64,000 nucleotides of DNA from Candidatus Eiseniibacteriota bacterium (GTDB lineage Bacteria > Eisenbacteria > RBG-16-71-46). Position numbers and translations under genes: made by a program. The DNA lies in the NCBI GenBank assembly GCA_031370785.1, contig JANMQY010000061.1, forward strand, positions 38,786-102,785, read 5' to 3'. Of the stretch, positions 8,947 through 19,539 are shown one piece after another (the first letter of the stretch is position 1; each line of letters begins with the position of its first letter). The notes below the pieces were generated by a model. It was not told the origin of the DNA, searched no databases, and saw only the letters and a program-made list of their open reading frames with translations.

Positions 8947-9591
8947 ATGACGACATCTTCACCCTCACTCGAGTCGCGCGGATCGCTGCGCGCACAGTTC
9001 CGTGACTCCGCGCGCGCCGCGATCCTGGACGCCGCCGAGCGCACCTTCTCGGAGCATGGCCTCGATCACGGGCGCATGGAGCGGATCGCGAAGCAGGCGG
9101 GCGTCTCGGTGGGCACGCTCTACAACCACTTCGCGGATCGCGAGGCGCTGATCACGGCGCTGATCGAGCAACGCCGCCGGGAGCTGATCGAGCACGTGGA
9201 CGCGGCGCTCCGAAGCGCCGAGCAACCGTTCGACTCGCGCCTCGCCGCATTCCTGGAGGCGGTGTTCGCGCACTTCGAGCAGCATCGGAGGTTCCTCGCG
9301 ATCGTGGCCCAGGGCGAACAGCCGGGCTCGCGTCTTCTGCTCACGCGCCCGCACACCCCTCCCTCTCCGATCCTGCAGGCCCTGGTCGAGCGGGCGGAGA
9401 AGCTCATGGCTCAGGGCGTGCGGCAGAAGGCCCTGGCCCGCGAGCAGCCGCAACTTCTCGCCGCGATGCTCGTCGGTATGGTGCGCTCGGTGCTGGTTCG
9501 CGAGCTGCTCGGCCCCGCGCCGCGCGGCGGCTCAGCGGATCTCCCCGGGCGGATCCACAGGCTGTTCCTCGAGGGAGCCCGACGCACATGA
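8947..9591 (+). CDS. TetR/AcrR family transcriptional regulator
   Basis: HTH motif ILDAAERTF...G...RMERIAKQAGVSVGTLYNHF.DREAL. Confidence 0.93.
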   Translation: MTTSSPSLESRGSLRAQFRDSARAAILDAAERTFSEHGLDHGRMERIAKQAGVSVGTLYNHFADREALITALIEQRRRELIEHVDAALRSAEQPFDSRLAAFLEAVFAHFEQHRRFLAIVAQGEQPGSRLLLTRPHTPPSPILQALVERAEKLMAQGVRQKALAREQPQLLAAMLVGMVRSVLVRELLGPAPRGGSADLPGRIHRLFLEGARRT

Positions 9592-10787
9592 GAGCTGCCA
9601 CACCATTCGGATCCGAGAGCGCCACGCCATTTCTTCCCGCCCGCGCGACCCGCCCGGGGATTCCCGTACGTGTGGTCGCGCTGCTCGCGTCCGCAGCGCT
9701 CATGACCGGAGGCTGCGCCGCCCCCACGGCTCGTCGCGAGGTGCGCGTTCCGGTCACCGTCGCCGCGGCGGTTCAGCAGGCGGTGCCGGACGTGATCGAG
9801 GCGACCGGCACCGTCGAGGCCCGCCAGACCGTGGCGATCAATCCGCAGGTCGGCGGTCTCATCACCGCGGTGCGCTTTCGCGAAGGCCAGGAGGTGCGCG
9901 CCAACCAGGTGCTGATCGAGATCGATCGCCGCCCGTATCGCGCGGCGCTGGAGCAGGCGAACGCGAGCCTCGCGCGCGATCGCGCGCAGTCCGAAACCGC
10001 GCGCCTCAACCTGGCGCGCGCCCAGACTCTGGTCGGAAGCGGCGCGATCTCGCAGCAGGAGTTCGAAACCCAACGCGCTTCGGCCGCCGCGCTCGCTGCC
10101 ACCGTGCGCGGCGATTCGGCCAACGTGCTGCGCGCCGCGCTCGACCTGGACAACTGCACCGTCCGCTCGCCGATCGACGGTCGCACCGGCAGCCTGAACC
10201 TCCACCTCGGAAACCTGGTGAAGGCGAGCGACACCGCCACCCCGGTCGTCACCGTCAATCAGATCCGTCCCATCCTGGTGCGCTTCACTGTGCCCCAGCA
10301 GGAGCTGCCGCGCATCCTGCGTCACCGGGGAGAACGCCTGGCCGTGAGCGCGAGCAGCTCCGACGACACCACGCTCGCCAGCATCGGCACGCTTTCGTTC
10401 ATGGACAACGCGGTGGACGCTTCGAGCGGCACCATCGAGCTCAAGGCCGAGTTCCCCAACCGGGACGGCCGGCTGTGGCCCGGGGAGTTCGTGCGCGTCC
10501 GGCTGATTCTCGCGACCGATCCGCACGCCATTGTCATTCCGGCGCAGGCAGTCACGCTCGGGCAGGCGGGGGCCTATGTCTACGTGGTGAATCCCGACAC
10601 CACCGTGGCCTCGCGAACCGTCACCGTCGCGCGCAACAGCGGCTCGATGACCGTGATTCGCGCCGGCCTCGCGCCGGGCGAGCGCGTCGTGGTCGACGGC
10701 CAGCTTCGCCTGTCGCCCGGCGCGAAGATCACGATCAAGCCCGCGCCTCAGCCCAGCGCCGGTGAGAGCGTGGGGTCGCGACCGTGA
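9588..10787 (+). CDS. RND efflux periplasmic adaptor (MdtA-like)
   Basis: Lipobox-like [46 protein letters not shown]. Confidence 0.92.
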   Translation: MRAATPFGSESATPFLPARATRPGIPVRVVALLASAALMTGGCAAPTARREVRVPVTVAAAVQQAVPDVIEATGTVEARQTVAINPQVGGLITAVRFREGQEVRANQVLIEIDRRPYRAALEQANASLARDRAQSETARLNLARAQTLVGSGAISQQEFETQRASAAALAATVRGDSANVLRAALDLDNCTVRSPIDGRTGSLNLHLGNLVKASDTATPVVTVNQIRPILVRFTVPQQELPRILRHRGERLAVSASSSDDTTLASIGTLSFMDNAVDASSGTIELKAEFPNRDGRLWPGEFVRVRLILATDPHAIVIPAQAVTLGQAGAYVYVVNPDTTVASRTVTVARNSGSMTVIRAGLAPGERVVVDGQLRLSPGAKITIKPAPQPSAGESVGSRP

Positions 10788-13700
10788 ATCTGTCCGAGCT
10801 CTTCATCCGCCGTCCGATCATGACCACCCTGGTCATGATCGGAATCGTGCTGGTCGGACTGCTTGGCTATCGCACGCTGCCGGTCAGCGACCTGCCCAAC
10901 GTCGACTACCCGGTGATCAGCGTCAGCGCGAACCTCGCGGGTGCGAGCCCCGAGACCATGGCCTCCGCGGTCGCGACCCCGCTCGAGAAGGCGTTCTCGA
11001 CCATCGCGGGCCTCGACGCGATGACCTCGACCAGCGGACTCGGGAGTACCAACATCACGATGCAGTTCGCGCTGGATCGCAGCATCGATGCGGCCGCACA
11101 GGACGTGCAGGCCGCGATCGCGAAGACCCTGCGCCAACTGCCCTCGGGAATCATTCCGCCCTCCTACCAGAAGGTGAACCCCGCCGACTCGCCGATCCTG
11201 TTCCTCGCGCTCACCTCCGACCAGCTGCCACTTTCCACCCTCGACGAGTACGCGCAGAGCTTCCTCGCGCAGCGCATCTCGACGGTCAAGGGCGTCGCCC
11301 AGGTGAGCGTGTTCGGATCACAGAAGTACGCGGTACGGGTCCAGCTCGACCCGCAGGCGCTGGCGGCGCGCGGGGTGGGCATCGACCAGGTGGCCGACGC
11401 CATCAACGGCGCGAACGTGAACCTGCCGACCGGCGTGCTGACCGGGCCCGACAAGACGCTCACCGTCCGCGCCAACGGCCAGCTGACCAGCGCCTCCCAG
11501 TTCCGCTCGCTGGTGGTGACCACCCACGGTGGTGCTCCGGTGCGGCTCGGCGACCTGGGACGCGTGCTCGACGACGTGCAGGACAACAAGACCGCGAGCT
11601 GGTACCGGGACAAGCGCGCGATCGTGCTCGCGATCCAGCGCCAGCCCGGCACCAATACCGTCGAGGTCGCGAACGGTGTGCAGGCTCTGCTGGGACGCCT
11701 GCGCGCGCAGCTGCCCAATTCGGTTCATGTCGAGACCCTGTTCGACCGCTCGATCTCGATCCGCCAGTCGGTGAACGATGTGCAGTTCACGCTGCTGCTG
11801 ACGCTGTGCCTGGTGGTGCTGGTGATCTTCCTGTTCCTGCGCAACATCACGGCCACCGTGATCCCGAGCCTCGCGCTGCCGCTGTCGCTGATCGGCACGT
11901 TCGCGGTGATGTCCCGGCTCGGCTACAGCATCGACAACCTGTCGCTCATGGCGCTCACGCTCTCGGTCGGCTTCGTGGTGGACGATGCGATCGTCATGCT
12001 CGAGAACATCGTCCGGCATCGCGAGATGGGCAAGTCGCCGCTCCAGGCGGCGCTCGACGGATCGCGCGAGATCAGCTTCACCATCCTGTCGATGACGCTG
12101 TCGCTCACCGCCGTGTTCATCCCGGTGCTGTTCATGGGCGGATTGCTCGGGCGTCTGTTTCACGAGTTCGCGGTGACCATCAGCGCCGCGATCCTGGTGT
12201 CGGGCTTCGTCTCGCTCACGTTGACGCCGATGCTGTGCAGCCGCTTCCTCAAGCACGAGCACGGCACGCAACATGGGCGCCTGTACCAGGTGTTCGAGTC
12301 GGGCTTCAACCGCACGCTCCACGCCTACCAGCGCAGCCTCGCATGGGTCATGGAGCGCCGCCCGCTCGCGCTGTGGTTCTCGCTTGCGATCCTGGTCGCG
12401 ACCGTGGTGCTGTTCAAGATCGTGCCCACCGGCTTCATCCCCAACGAGGACACCGGCCAGATCCAGGGGACCACCGAGACCGCCGAAGGCACGGCCTTCG
12501 AAGCGATGCGCGCACACCAGAAACAGATCGCCGACATCATCCTCGCCGACCACGACGTCGCCGGCTTCATGTCATCGGTCGGCGCCGGCGGACCGTCCGG
12601 CGCAAGCAACCAGGGGCGCCTCTTCATCCGGCTCAAGCCGCGCTCGCAACGCCGCCCGGTCGACGAGGTGATCCGCCGCCTGCAGTCCAAGCTCGTCACG
12701 GTGCCCGGCATCCGGGTATACCTGCAGAACCCGCCGGTGATCCGCGTCGGAGGACGGGTCGCGAAGAGCCTGTATCAGTTCACGCTGCAGAGCACCGACG
12801 TGGCCGCGCTCTATCCTGCGGCGCAGCAGCTGGAGGCCCGGCTGCGCACCCTTCCCGAGCTGGAGGACGTGACCAGCGACCTGCAGATCCGCAATCCGCA
12901 GGTCAACCTGAAGATCGACCGCGACCGCGCCTCGGCGCTGGGCGTCTCGAGCCAGCAGATCGAGGAGGCACTGTACAACGCGTTCGGCTCGCGACAGGTC
13001 TCGACCATCTACACGCCGGACAATCAGTACTGGGTGATCCTCGAACTGCTGCCCGAGCGTCAGCGCGACGTGACCGCGCTCCAGCAGCTGCACATCCGTG
13101 GCACGGGCGGCGATCTGGTGCCGCTCGGTGCGGTGGCCACGATGACGCCGGGACTCGGGCCCTTGAGCGTGAATCACTCGGGGCAGGTGCCGTGCGTGAC
13201 CCTGTCGTTCAATCTCAAGCCCGGTGTCGCGCTCGGCAACGGGGTCGATCTGGTGGAGCGCACGGCGCGCGAGGTGCTGCCTTCGAGCGTCATCACCAAC
13301 TTCTCCGGCACCGCGCAGGCGTTCCAGGACAGCCAGCGCGGCCTGCTGTTCCTGCTGCTGGTCGCCGTGCTCGTCATTTACCTCGTGCTCGGCATGCTGT
13401 ACGAGAGCTTCATCCACCCGCTCACGATTCTCTCGGGCCTACCGTTCGCGGGATTCGGCGCGCTGATCACGCTGTGGCTGTGCCGCACCGAGCTCAACGT
13501 GTACGCATTCGTCGGGGTGATCATGCTGATCGGGCTGGTCAAGAAGAACGCGATCATGATGATCGACTTTGCGCTCGAAGCGGAGCGCAGGGAAGGCAAG
13601 ACCGCGCGCGACGCGATCCTCGAGGCGTGCAGCGTGCGATTCCGCCCGATCATGATGACGACCATGGCCGCCCTCATGGGAACGCTCCCGATCGCCCTCG

Positions 13701-13948
13701 GGGTCGGAGCGGGCTCCGAGTCACGCCGCCCGCTCGGCATCGCAGTGGTCGGAGGGCTGGCGTTTTCGCAGATCATCACGCTCTACATCACGCCGGTGAT
13801 CTACACCTACCTCGACTCGTTCCAGAAGTGGATGGCGCGGCGCGCTGCGGCACGAACCCGGCGCGCCCCGGCGGCGACGCCGCTTTCCGGCGATCGACCC
13901 GGCGCCGCCGCACGCGAGAGCGAGGCGGTCTCGGGCGCCAGGGGCTAG
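10784..13948 (+). CDS. RND efflux permease (MdtB/MdtC-like)
   Basis: 1054 aa; [46 protein letters not shown]. No outer-membrane factor adjacent. Confidence 0.95.
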   Translation: MNLSELFIRRPIMTTLVMIGIVLVGLLGYRTLPVSDLPNVDYPVISVSANLAGASPETMASAVATPLEKAFSTIAGLDAMTSTSGLGSTNITMQFALDRSIDAAAQDVQAAIAKTLRQLPSGIIPPSYQKVNPADSPILFLALTSDQLPLSTLDEYAQSFLAQRISTVKGVAQVSVFGSQKYAVRVQLDPQALAARGVGIDQVADAINGANVNLPTGVLTGPDKTLTVRANGQLTSASQFRSLVVTTHGGAPVRLGDLGRVLDDVQDNKTASWYRDKRAIVLAIQRQPGTNTVEVANGVQALLGRLRAQLPNSVHVETLFDRSISIRQSVNDVQFTLLLTLCLVVLVIFLFLRNITATVIPSLALPLSLIGTFAVMSRLGYSIDNLSLMALTLSVGFVVDDAIVMLENIVRHREMGKSPLQAALDGSREISFTILSMTLSLTAVFIPVLFMGGLLGRLFHEFAVTISAAILVSGFVSLTLTPMLCSRFLKHEHGTQHGRLYQVFESGFNRTLHAYQRSLAWVMERRPLALWFSLAILVATVVLFKIVPTGFIPNEDTGQIQGTTETAEGTAFEAMRAHQKQIADIILADHDVAGFMSSVGAGGPSGASNQGRLFIRLKPRSQRRPVDEVIRRLQSKLVTVPGIRVYLQNPPVIRVGGRVAKSLYQFTLQSTDVAALYPAAQQLEARLRTLPELEDVTSDLQIRNPQVNLKIDRDRASALGVSSQQIEEALYNAFGSRQVSTIYTPDNQYWVILELLPERQRDVTALQQLHIRGTGGDLVPLGAVATMTPGLGPLSVNHSGQVPCVTLSFNLKPGVALGNGVDLVERTAREVLPSSVITNFSGTAQAFQDSQRGLLFLLLVAVLVIYLVLGMLYESFIHPLTILSGLPFAGFGALITLWLCRTELNVYAFVGVIMLIGLVKKNAIMMIDFALEAERREGKTARDAILEACSVRFRPIMMTTMAALMGTLPIALGVGAGSESRRPLGIAVVGGLAFSQIITLYITPVIYTYLDSFQKWMARRAAARTRRAPAATPLSGDRPGAAARESEAVSGARG

Positions 13949-13985
13949 GAGCGGCAGGAGACGCGTTCAGGGCCTCCCTCGACTT

Positions 13986-14204
13986 CTAGCGCACGTCCTC
14001 GCCGTTCAGGTCGCTCGGGCCCTCTCCCATGCCCTCGAGCGGACTGTCCAGCCCTTCGTGATCCTCGGCCTCGGCCTGAGCCTCGGCTCCGCCGGTCTTT
14101 GCGTGCTTCTTCGCACGGCGCGCCTCGCGCTTCTCGTTGGCACGGGCCAGGCGCTGCTGTTCCTTCTGACGCTTGAGGAATGACGGTCTCTTGCTTGCTG
14201 CCAT
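13986..14204 (-). CDS. Small charged hypothetical protein (basic N-terminal helix, acidic tail)
   Basis: 72 aa MAASKRPSFLKRQKEQQRLARANEKREARRAKK...; GAGGAG RBS upstream; G/C-ending codons. Confidence 0.7.
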   Translation of the reverse strand: MAASKRPSFLKRQKEQQRLARANEKREARRAKKHAKTGGAEAQAEAEDHEGLDSPLEGMGEGPSDLNGEDVR

Positions 14205-14452
14205 GGGAACTCCTCTCAGGGGCCTCCGCCTCGTCGACAGGAATGACGGGGTCGGGTGACGAACGTCTGGAATGCGACGTGCGCATCATCGCAGAGTTCG
14301 CGCCGATTTGCAGGGATTTCGCGGAACGAGATGGCAGCGCTCTGGTTCGCGCCTCCGAGCGCGCGATCTCACTCGACCGGGCGGGAGGTGCGGGAATGGC
14401 GGAAAAGCGCCGCGCAAACCTGTATTCTGCCGCCACCGAGAGGAGGCTGCCT

Positions 14453-15598
14453 TTGAGTTCAGGGGTCCGGGGGATGCGGCTGGTCGGAGTTTCGGCCTAC
14501 GCTCCTCAACAGGTGTGGAGCAATGCTCGAGTCGCCGCGCGCCTTCGGCTCGAACGCATGCGCACCAGCGCCCGGATGCGTCAGGCGGGTAGCAGGACAC
14601 TGACCTCCGAGGAAACCAAGCTGTTCCAGACCAGCGATCGCTGGGTGCGCCGCTTCATCGGTTTCGAGGAGCGGCATTTCTCGTGCGACGGCGAGGGAAC
14701 CGTCGATCTGGCGACGCACGCCGCCCGGCAGCTGCTCGAACGCTCGGGCCACGGTCCTTCCGACATCGATGCGATCGTGTTCGGCAGCGTCACTCCCTCC
14801 TATCTCTACAGTCCTCCCGATGCCGCGCTGCTCCAGCACGCGCTCGGCATTCCGGTGTGGCAGGGGCCAGCCCCCCGCGAGATCAAGGGCGTCGACGTCT
14901 CGCTGGCGTGCAGCAGCTGGGTCGCATCGCTCATGCTGTGCTACGCGCTGATCCGCTCCGGCATGGCGCAGAGCGTCCTGCTGATCGGCGCCGACCGGAT
15001 GAGCGCCGCGATCAACTGGCGCGATCGCAGCTTCGCGACCGTGCTCGGAGATGCGGGCACCGCCACCCTGTGCGTGGCGGTCCCCGAAGCCGAAGACTGG
15101 TTCGCGCCCTCTCGGTTCTGGAGCTGGCTGGATGGCGGGCACGCCGGCATCATCCTCACGCCCGAGGGAGGATCGCGTCATCCCTCGCCCAGCGGCGATG
15201 TCACCTCCGGAAGGAACCGGCTGGCGATGGACGGCGCCGCGGTGCGCCAGATCCTGGTTCCGTTCATGGGCGGTCCCGCCGTGGACGCGGCGCTGGCCAA
15301 GGCCGGGATGCGGCTCGATGAACTCGATTTCGTCACGCTGCATGAGGCCAATCTGGTACTCAACGCCTCGATCATTGAGAAATGGCGGGCGCGTGGTTTC
15401 CGCGGGCGGGTGCTCGATGCCGGTGGACGCTTCGGCAACACCACCAGCGCCTCGATCCCGCTGGCGCTGGCCATGAATCCCGACGAGCTGACCGTGGGCC
15501 GGAAATTCGGCCTGTTCGGCTTCGGCGGCGGCCTCTCCGCCAGCTTCGCGTTCGGCACACTGCGACATCCGCTCCCGGCCTGGACCAACCAGGCCTGA
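14453..15598 (+). CDS. Ketoacyl-ACP synthase III (FabH-like), divergent
   Basis: Triad motifs DVSLACSSW, LHEAN, FGNTTSASIPLAL; LGDAG; GFGGGL. TTG start follows AGGAGG (alternatives 14396, 14474). Confidence 0.85.
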   Translation: MSSGVRGMRLVGVSAYAPQQVWSNARVAARLRLERMRTSARMRQAGSRTLTSEETKLFQTSDRWVRRFIGFEERHFSCDGEGTVDLATHAARQLLERSGHGPSDIDAIVFGSVTPSYLYSPPDAALLQHALGIPVWQGPAPREIKGVDVSLACSSWVASLMLCYALIRSGMAQSVLLIGADRMSAAINWRDRSFATVLGDAGTATLCVAVPEAEDWFAPSRFWSWLDGGHAGIILTPEGGSRHPSPSGDVTSGRNRLAMDGAAVRQILVPFMGGPAVDAALAKAGMRLDELDFVTLHEANLVLNASIIEKWRARGFRGRVLDAGGRFGNTTSASIPLALAMNPDELTVGRKFGLFGFGGGLSASFAFGTLRHPLPAWTNQA

Positions 15599-15662
15599 GC
15601 CGCGTTTCGAGCGCGCCGCGCCGATTGTCCGTGCCCGGCAGGCATGCCGTATCCTCGCGCCC

Positions 15663-16829
15663 ATGTCCCTGACCCGGCCCGAAACGCTGGTGGACGACAT
15701 GATCGCGCCCGAGCCGCGGGTGGACGCCGAAGCGGTGGTGTATCGCCTCTACGACGTCGGCTACGAGATCCGTCTCGAGCAGGCGTTCCATCTGCTGGCT
15801 TCCAGCACACCGGAGCGCCCGCGCCCGGTGCGCGGTGAAGCACAGGCCATCCAGATCCCGAACCCGCCGGTGACGGTCGGACTGGGCGTCGAGACCGTGA
15901 AACTCGCCGGGGAATCGCGCGAGGTGGAGCTCTCGGCGCGGCTCTTCGACTTCGGCGTGGTCTCGCTGCGCGCGCGACTGGTCGCACCGCCCGGCCTGGC
16001 CTGGAGCGAGTTTGCGGCGTTCGGCGCCGCGATCGGCGCCGCTCAGTTCTGGGGAGAGATGTTCGCCCGGGTGCGCGAACGCCTGCTCGCCCGCATCGCT
16101 CCCGCGATCGAGAAGTCGGGCGAGGCGCCGGTCGTCGAGGACTACGTCGTGTTCCGCGTCAATCGGCTGGAGGACGGCGCGGCGGCCGGCACGGGCCCGC
16201 GCGCGCGACTCTCGCCCGATGCGCTGCGCGACGAGGACGTGGCCCGGCTGCTGCTCGGCGAGTTGCGTCCGCTCTCGGGCGCCACCCGCCGCGAGCTCCT
16301 CTCGCAGCGCTTTTCCTACTTCGAAGACGATCTGACGGTGCTCACCTGGAACTCCGCGCTCATCATCGAGCCAGTCCACGAGGACGCCGACATCCAGTAC
16401 GTGCTCGAGTTCGCGAACGCGCAGCTCCTCGAGCTGCGCTTCTACGACGCCCGGCTCGACGCCGAGATTCCGAAGATCTACGACCGCATCGAAGAGGCGC
16501 GGCAGGGCTTTCAACTGCTCGGGCGCGGCTTCAACCGGCTGCTCGCGGTGCTCCAGACCCGGGTCGCGGACGCGACCGAGCTGGTGGAGCGCGTCGAGAA
16601 CTCGCTCAAAGTGACCGACGACGTCTTCCTGGCCCGCATCTACTCGGCGGCGCTCGAGATCTTTCGCGGACGCACCTGGCGCAGCGGCATCGACCGGAAG
16701 ATCGCGATCCTGCGCGAGACCTACGGCATGCTCAACGCCGAGTCGCAGGCGCGCCGCTCCGAGGTGCTGGAGATCATCATCGTCGCCCTGATCGTGATCG
16801 AGATCGCGCTCGCCTTACTGAAGCATTGA
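15663..16829 (+). CDS. Conserved hypothetical membrane-anchored protein (RMD1/DUF155-like C-terminus)
   Basis: 388 aa, clean codon bias; LEFAN.QLLELR.YD..LD, D..LARIY, C-terminal LEIIIVALIVIEI TM. Confidence 0.7.
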   Translation: MSLTRPETLVDDMIAPEPRVDAEAVVYRLYDVGYEIRLEQAFHLLASSTPERPRPVRGEAQAIQIPNPPVTVGLGVETVKLAGESREVELSARLFDFGVVSLRARLVAPPGLAWSEFAAFGAAIGAAQFWGEMFARVRERLLARIAPAIEKSGEAPVVEDYVVFRVNRLEDGAAAGTGPRARLSPDALRDEDVARLLLGELRPLSGATRRELLSQRFSYFEDDLTVLTWNSALIIEPVHEDADIQYVLEFANAQLLELRFYDARLDAEIPKIYDRIEEARQGFQLLGRGFNRLLAVLQTRVADATELVERVENSLKVTDDVFLARIYSAALEIFRGRTWRSGIDRKIAILRETYGMLNAESQARRSEVLEIIIVALIVIEIALALLKH

Positions 16830-16835
16830 GCGACG

Positions 16836-17032
16836 ATGCCGATCCGAGATCACATCCTTCCCGGGCTCGATCACGAGATGGCCGGCACCCGCCGCTCGCT
16901 GGAGCGCGTCCCGGAGGACCGGCTGGCGTGGAAGCCGCACGAGAAGTCGGGCTGGGCTGGCTGGCCACGCACCTGGCGCGGCTGCCGCACTGGGCGGTCC
17001 AGGCCTTCACCCGGGATTCCATCGACATCGCG
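16836..17032 (+). pseudogene. Frameshifted, truncated DinB-family gene remnant
   Basis: MPIRDHILPGLDHEMAGTRRSLERVPEDRLAWKPHEKS continues in another frame as LGWLATHLARLPHWAVQAFTRDSIDIA after 2 leftover nt (16950-16951); similarity then stops before msrA. Confidence 0.75.
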
Positions 17033-17051
17033 GATAGAGGCCGGCGCCGAG

Positions 17052-17627
17052 TCAGGCGCGGCCGGGGCGGCTCTCTGCGCCGGCGCCGGCGAGTCGCGCC
17101 GCGTACTTCGCGCGCAGCTTCGTGAGCTTGGGCGCGATCATCGCGCGGCAGTAGGCCTGTTCCGGATTCCGGCGGTAGTAGCCCTGGTGGTACTCCTCGC
17201 CGGGATGGAACGCCTCGAGCGGCGCGAGCTCGGTCACGATCGGCGCACCGAACACGCCAGAGGAGCCCAGCTCGGACAGGACCTGCTCGGCGGTCGCCTT
17301 CTGAGCGCTCGAATCATGGAAGATCACCGAGCGGTACTGGGTGCCGGTGTCCGGCCCCTGCCGGTTGAGCGTGGTCGGATCGTGGAACGCGAAGAAGATC
17401 TCGAGCAGATCTCGATACGAGATCACCGCCGGATCGAACGTCACCTGCACCACCTCCGCGTGCCCGGTCCGTCCGCTGCAAACTTCCTCGTAGGTCGGCC
17501 GCTGCCCGCGCCCGCCCGCGTAACCCGACACCACCTTCTGTACGCCGGCCAGCGGCTCGAACACCGCCTCGAGACACCAGAAGCACCCGCCGCCCAGCGT
17601 GGCGGTCTCGGTTGAATGCGGTTCCAT
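17052..17627 (-). CDS. msrA: Peptide-methionine (S)-S-oxide reductase
   Basis: GGGCFWC, SGYAGG, TGHAEVVQV.FDP, HDPTTLNRQG.D.GTQYRS, EEYHQ.YY; GGAG RBS before ATG 17627. Confidence 0.95.
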   Translation of the reverse strand: MEPHSTETATLGGGCFWCLEAVFEPLAGVQKVVSGYAGGRGQRPTYEEVCSGRTGHAEVVQVTFDPAVISYRDLLEIFFAFHDPTTLNRQGPDTGTQYRSVIFHDSSAQKATAEQVLSELGSSGVFGAPIVTELAPLEAFHPGEEYHQGYYRRNPEQAYCRAMIAPKLTKLRAKYAARLAGAGAESRPGRA

Positions 17628-17692
17628 GTTCTTCTCCGATGGTGAATGGCTAGAGGGCTCAGCAGCGGGCACCCCGGTCTCATGCGCACGGT

Positions 17693-18580
17693 TCAGCGAG
17701 CGTCCTCGGCGCTCGTCAACCGAACCACGTTCTGAAATGGATCGCGGGTCTCGAAGCCGTCTTCGACCCGCGCTGCGGAGAAACCCGCGGCCTCGAGCCG
17801 GGCGACGGTGCGTTCGAGTCCCTCGCGTTTCGGCAGGTGCACCTCGAAGCTGTGAAGCCCTGCGGCTCCTGCCGGCGGAACCGGCGCGCCCTCTCCGGCC
17901 CAGGTGTTGAGCCCGACATGATGGTGGTATCCACCCGCCGAGACGAACAACGCCGACTTTCCGGCGCGCATCATCACGTCGAACCCGAGCGCGCCGACGT
18001 AGAAACGTTCGGCCTCGCCCAGGTGTGACACGGTCAGGTGCACGTGGCCGAGGTCGGTCCCTTTCGCGAGCCCGCTCCACGCTCCATCGTCCGCTCCGGG
18101 CTCGGCGAGCAGGCCGGCCAGATCGAGCGCCTCCGTGGTCATGAGCGCCTTGCCACCCTTCGCAGCCCATTGCTCGCGCGGTCGATCGCGATAGATCTCG
18201 ATCCCGTTGCCTTCCATGTCGGACAGATAGAGCGCCTCGCTCACCGAATGGTCCGCGGCACCATCGAGCGGAGTTCCGGTTTCGATCAGCCGCGCCAGCG
18301 AGCGGGCCAGGTCACGGCGGGACGGCACGCGCACCGCGAAGTGATAGAGCCCCGTCGTCCCGCGGGCACGCGGCGCCTCGCGGCTCTCCCGCAGTACCAG
18401 CAGCTCGCGACCGTCGACGCCGAGCCGCGCCACGCCGGGGCCTCGCGCCAGCACCCGGAAGCCGAGTCGGGATTCGTAGAAGGCCACCGCACGGCCCAGG
18501 TCACGAACGGTGAGGTGAACCGACCCGAGAGCCGTGGCCGGGTCGATCGAGGTTCGGACCTTCTCAGCGTCCAGCCGCAT
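17693..18580 (-). CDS. VOC-family extradiol dioxygenase (CatE-like)
   Basis: LGSVHLTV, GLYHFA, ADH.VSEALYL.D.EGNGIEIY.DRP, GHVHL, F.SAGGYHHH.GLNTW. Confidence 0.88.
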   Translation of the reverse strand: MRLDAEKVRTSIDPATALGSVHLTVRDLGRAVAFYESRLGFRVLARGPGVARLGVDGRELLVLRESREAPRARGTTGLYHFAVRVPSRRDLARSLARLIETGTPLDGAADHSVSEALYLSDMEGNGIEIYRDRPREQWAAKGGKALMTTEALDLAGLLAEPGADDGAWSGLAKGTDLGHVHLTVSHLGEAERFYVGALGFDVMMRAGKSALFVSAGGYHHHVGLNTWAGEGAPVPPAGAAGLHSFEVHLPKREGLERTVARLEAAGFSAARVEDGFETRDPFQNVVRLTSAEDAR

Positions 18581-18855
18581 GGCGAAGCTCCTGGAAGGAT
18601 GGGTTTCCGTCTGGTTTGGCCGGTGGCGTCATGATGCGCCAGCTCCGGGGTTCGGTTCCACCGCCCCTCCTGGGCGCCCCAAACCCGGGCGGAGGCGGGG
18701 CGAACCCCTGGGATGGGTTGCGAGCCCCGGCGCCCTTCGACTTATCCGGCTCAATCCGGGGCCCCAACCTGCCGAAACCCAGATCGATGGCATTCCCCGG
18801 TCCACATGGTCCGGGCCCTAGCGTTTGCTTTGTCCAGGGAAGGGAAGCTGCTCGC

Positions 18856-19536
18856 ATGCGCCACGCACATCACGGATTCCCAATCGCGGCCTGCTGTGTT
18901 CTCGCCTCGTGCCTGATCTCCTCCGTGGCCGCGGCCGGGGTGATCCGTGGCACGCTGTGGCTGACACACCCCAGCGCGGCCGCGATGGCCGCGGCGCTGG
19001 CCAGGTCATCCTCGAGGCCGGCGCAGCCCGGAGTTTCCGATGCGGTGATCTACATCGAGAGCATTCCCGAAAAGTCGGAGAAAAAGCTCTCGCGTGGGGG
19101 CTGGTTCTCGCCCAAGCCCAGGATGTCGCGCGTCATTCAGGTGGACCGGCGCTTCATGCCCAGGGTGCTCTCGGTCACCCCCGGGACATCGGTCGAATTC
19201 CGTAACCGCGACCTCGTCTATCACAACGCCTTCAGCGTTTCGGTGGCCAAGCGCTTCGACCTGGGCCGCTACCCGCCGGGGAAGGCCGACACCGTGAGGT
19301 TCGAGCGTGCCGGCGTGGTCAACGTGCACTGCGACATCCATCCGGACATGAGCGGCTATGTCGTGGTGGTGCCAAACCATGCTTTCGACCGCCCCGACTC
19401 GCTCGGCAGCTACTCGCTCCCGAAACTTCCGCCGGGGAAATACGCGCTGCGCGTGTGGCATCCGCGCCTGGGCGAGCTGCGACGCGACGTCGAGATCCCG
19501 AAGCACGGCAATCTCGAACTTCCACTGGTGTTCTGA
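18856..19536 (+). CDS. Exported cupredoxin-fold protein with C-terminal carboxypeptidase-regulatory-like domain
   Basis: Signal peptide; F.PRVL.V..G..V.F.N.D...HNAFS; CDIHPDM (C-x2-H-x2-M); G.Y.L..LPPGKY.LRVWH. Confidence 0.8.
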   Translation: MRHAHHGFPIAACCVLASCLISSVAAAGVIRGTLWLTHPSAAAMAAALARSSSRPAQPGVSDAVIYIESIPEKSEKKLSRGGWFSPKPRMSRVIQVDRRFMPRVLSVTPGTSVEFRNRDLVYHNAFSVSVAKRFDLGRYPPGKADTVRFERAGVVNVHCDIHPDMSGYVVVVPNHAFDRPDSLGSYSLPKLPPGKYALRVWHPRLGELRRDVEIPKHGNLELPLVF

Positions 19537-19539
19537 GCC

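Noticed and set aside
10762..13989. 1075-aa alternative-frame ORF overlapping the RND permease, and many other long shadow or antisense ORFs (e.g. 19006-21273, 49116-51464, 54032-56242)
   Set aside because: Arg/Ala/Gly/Pro-rich with no motifs; expected from stop-codon scarcity at high GC over real genes.
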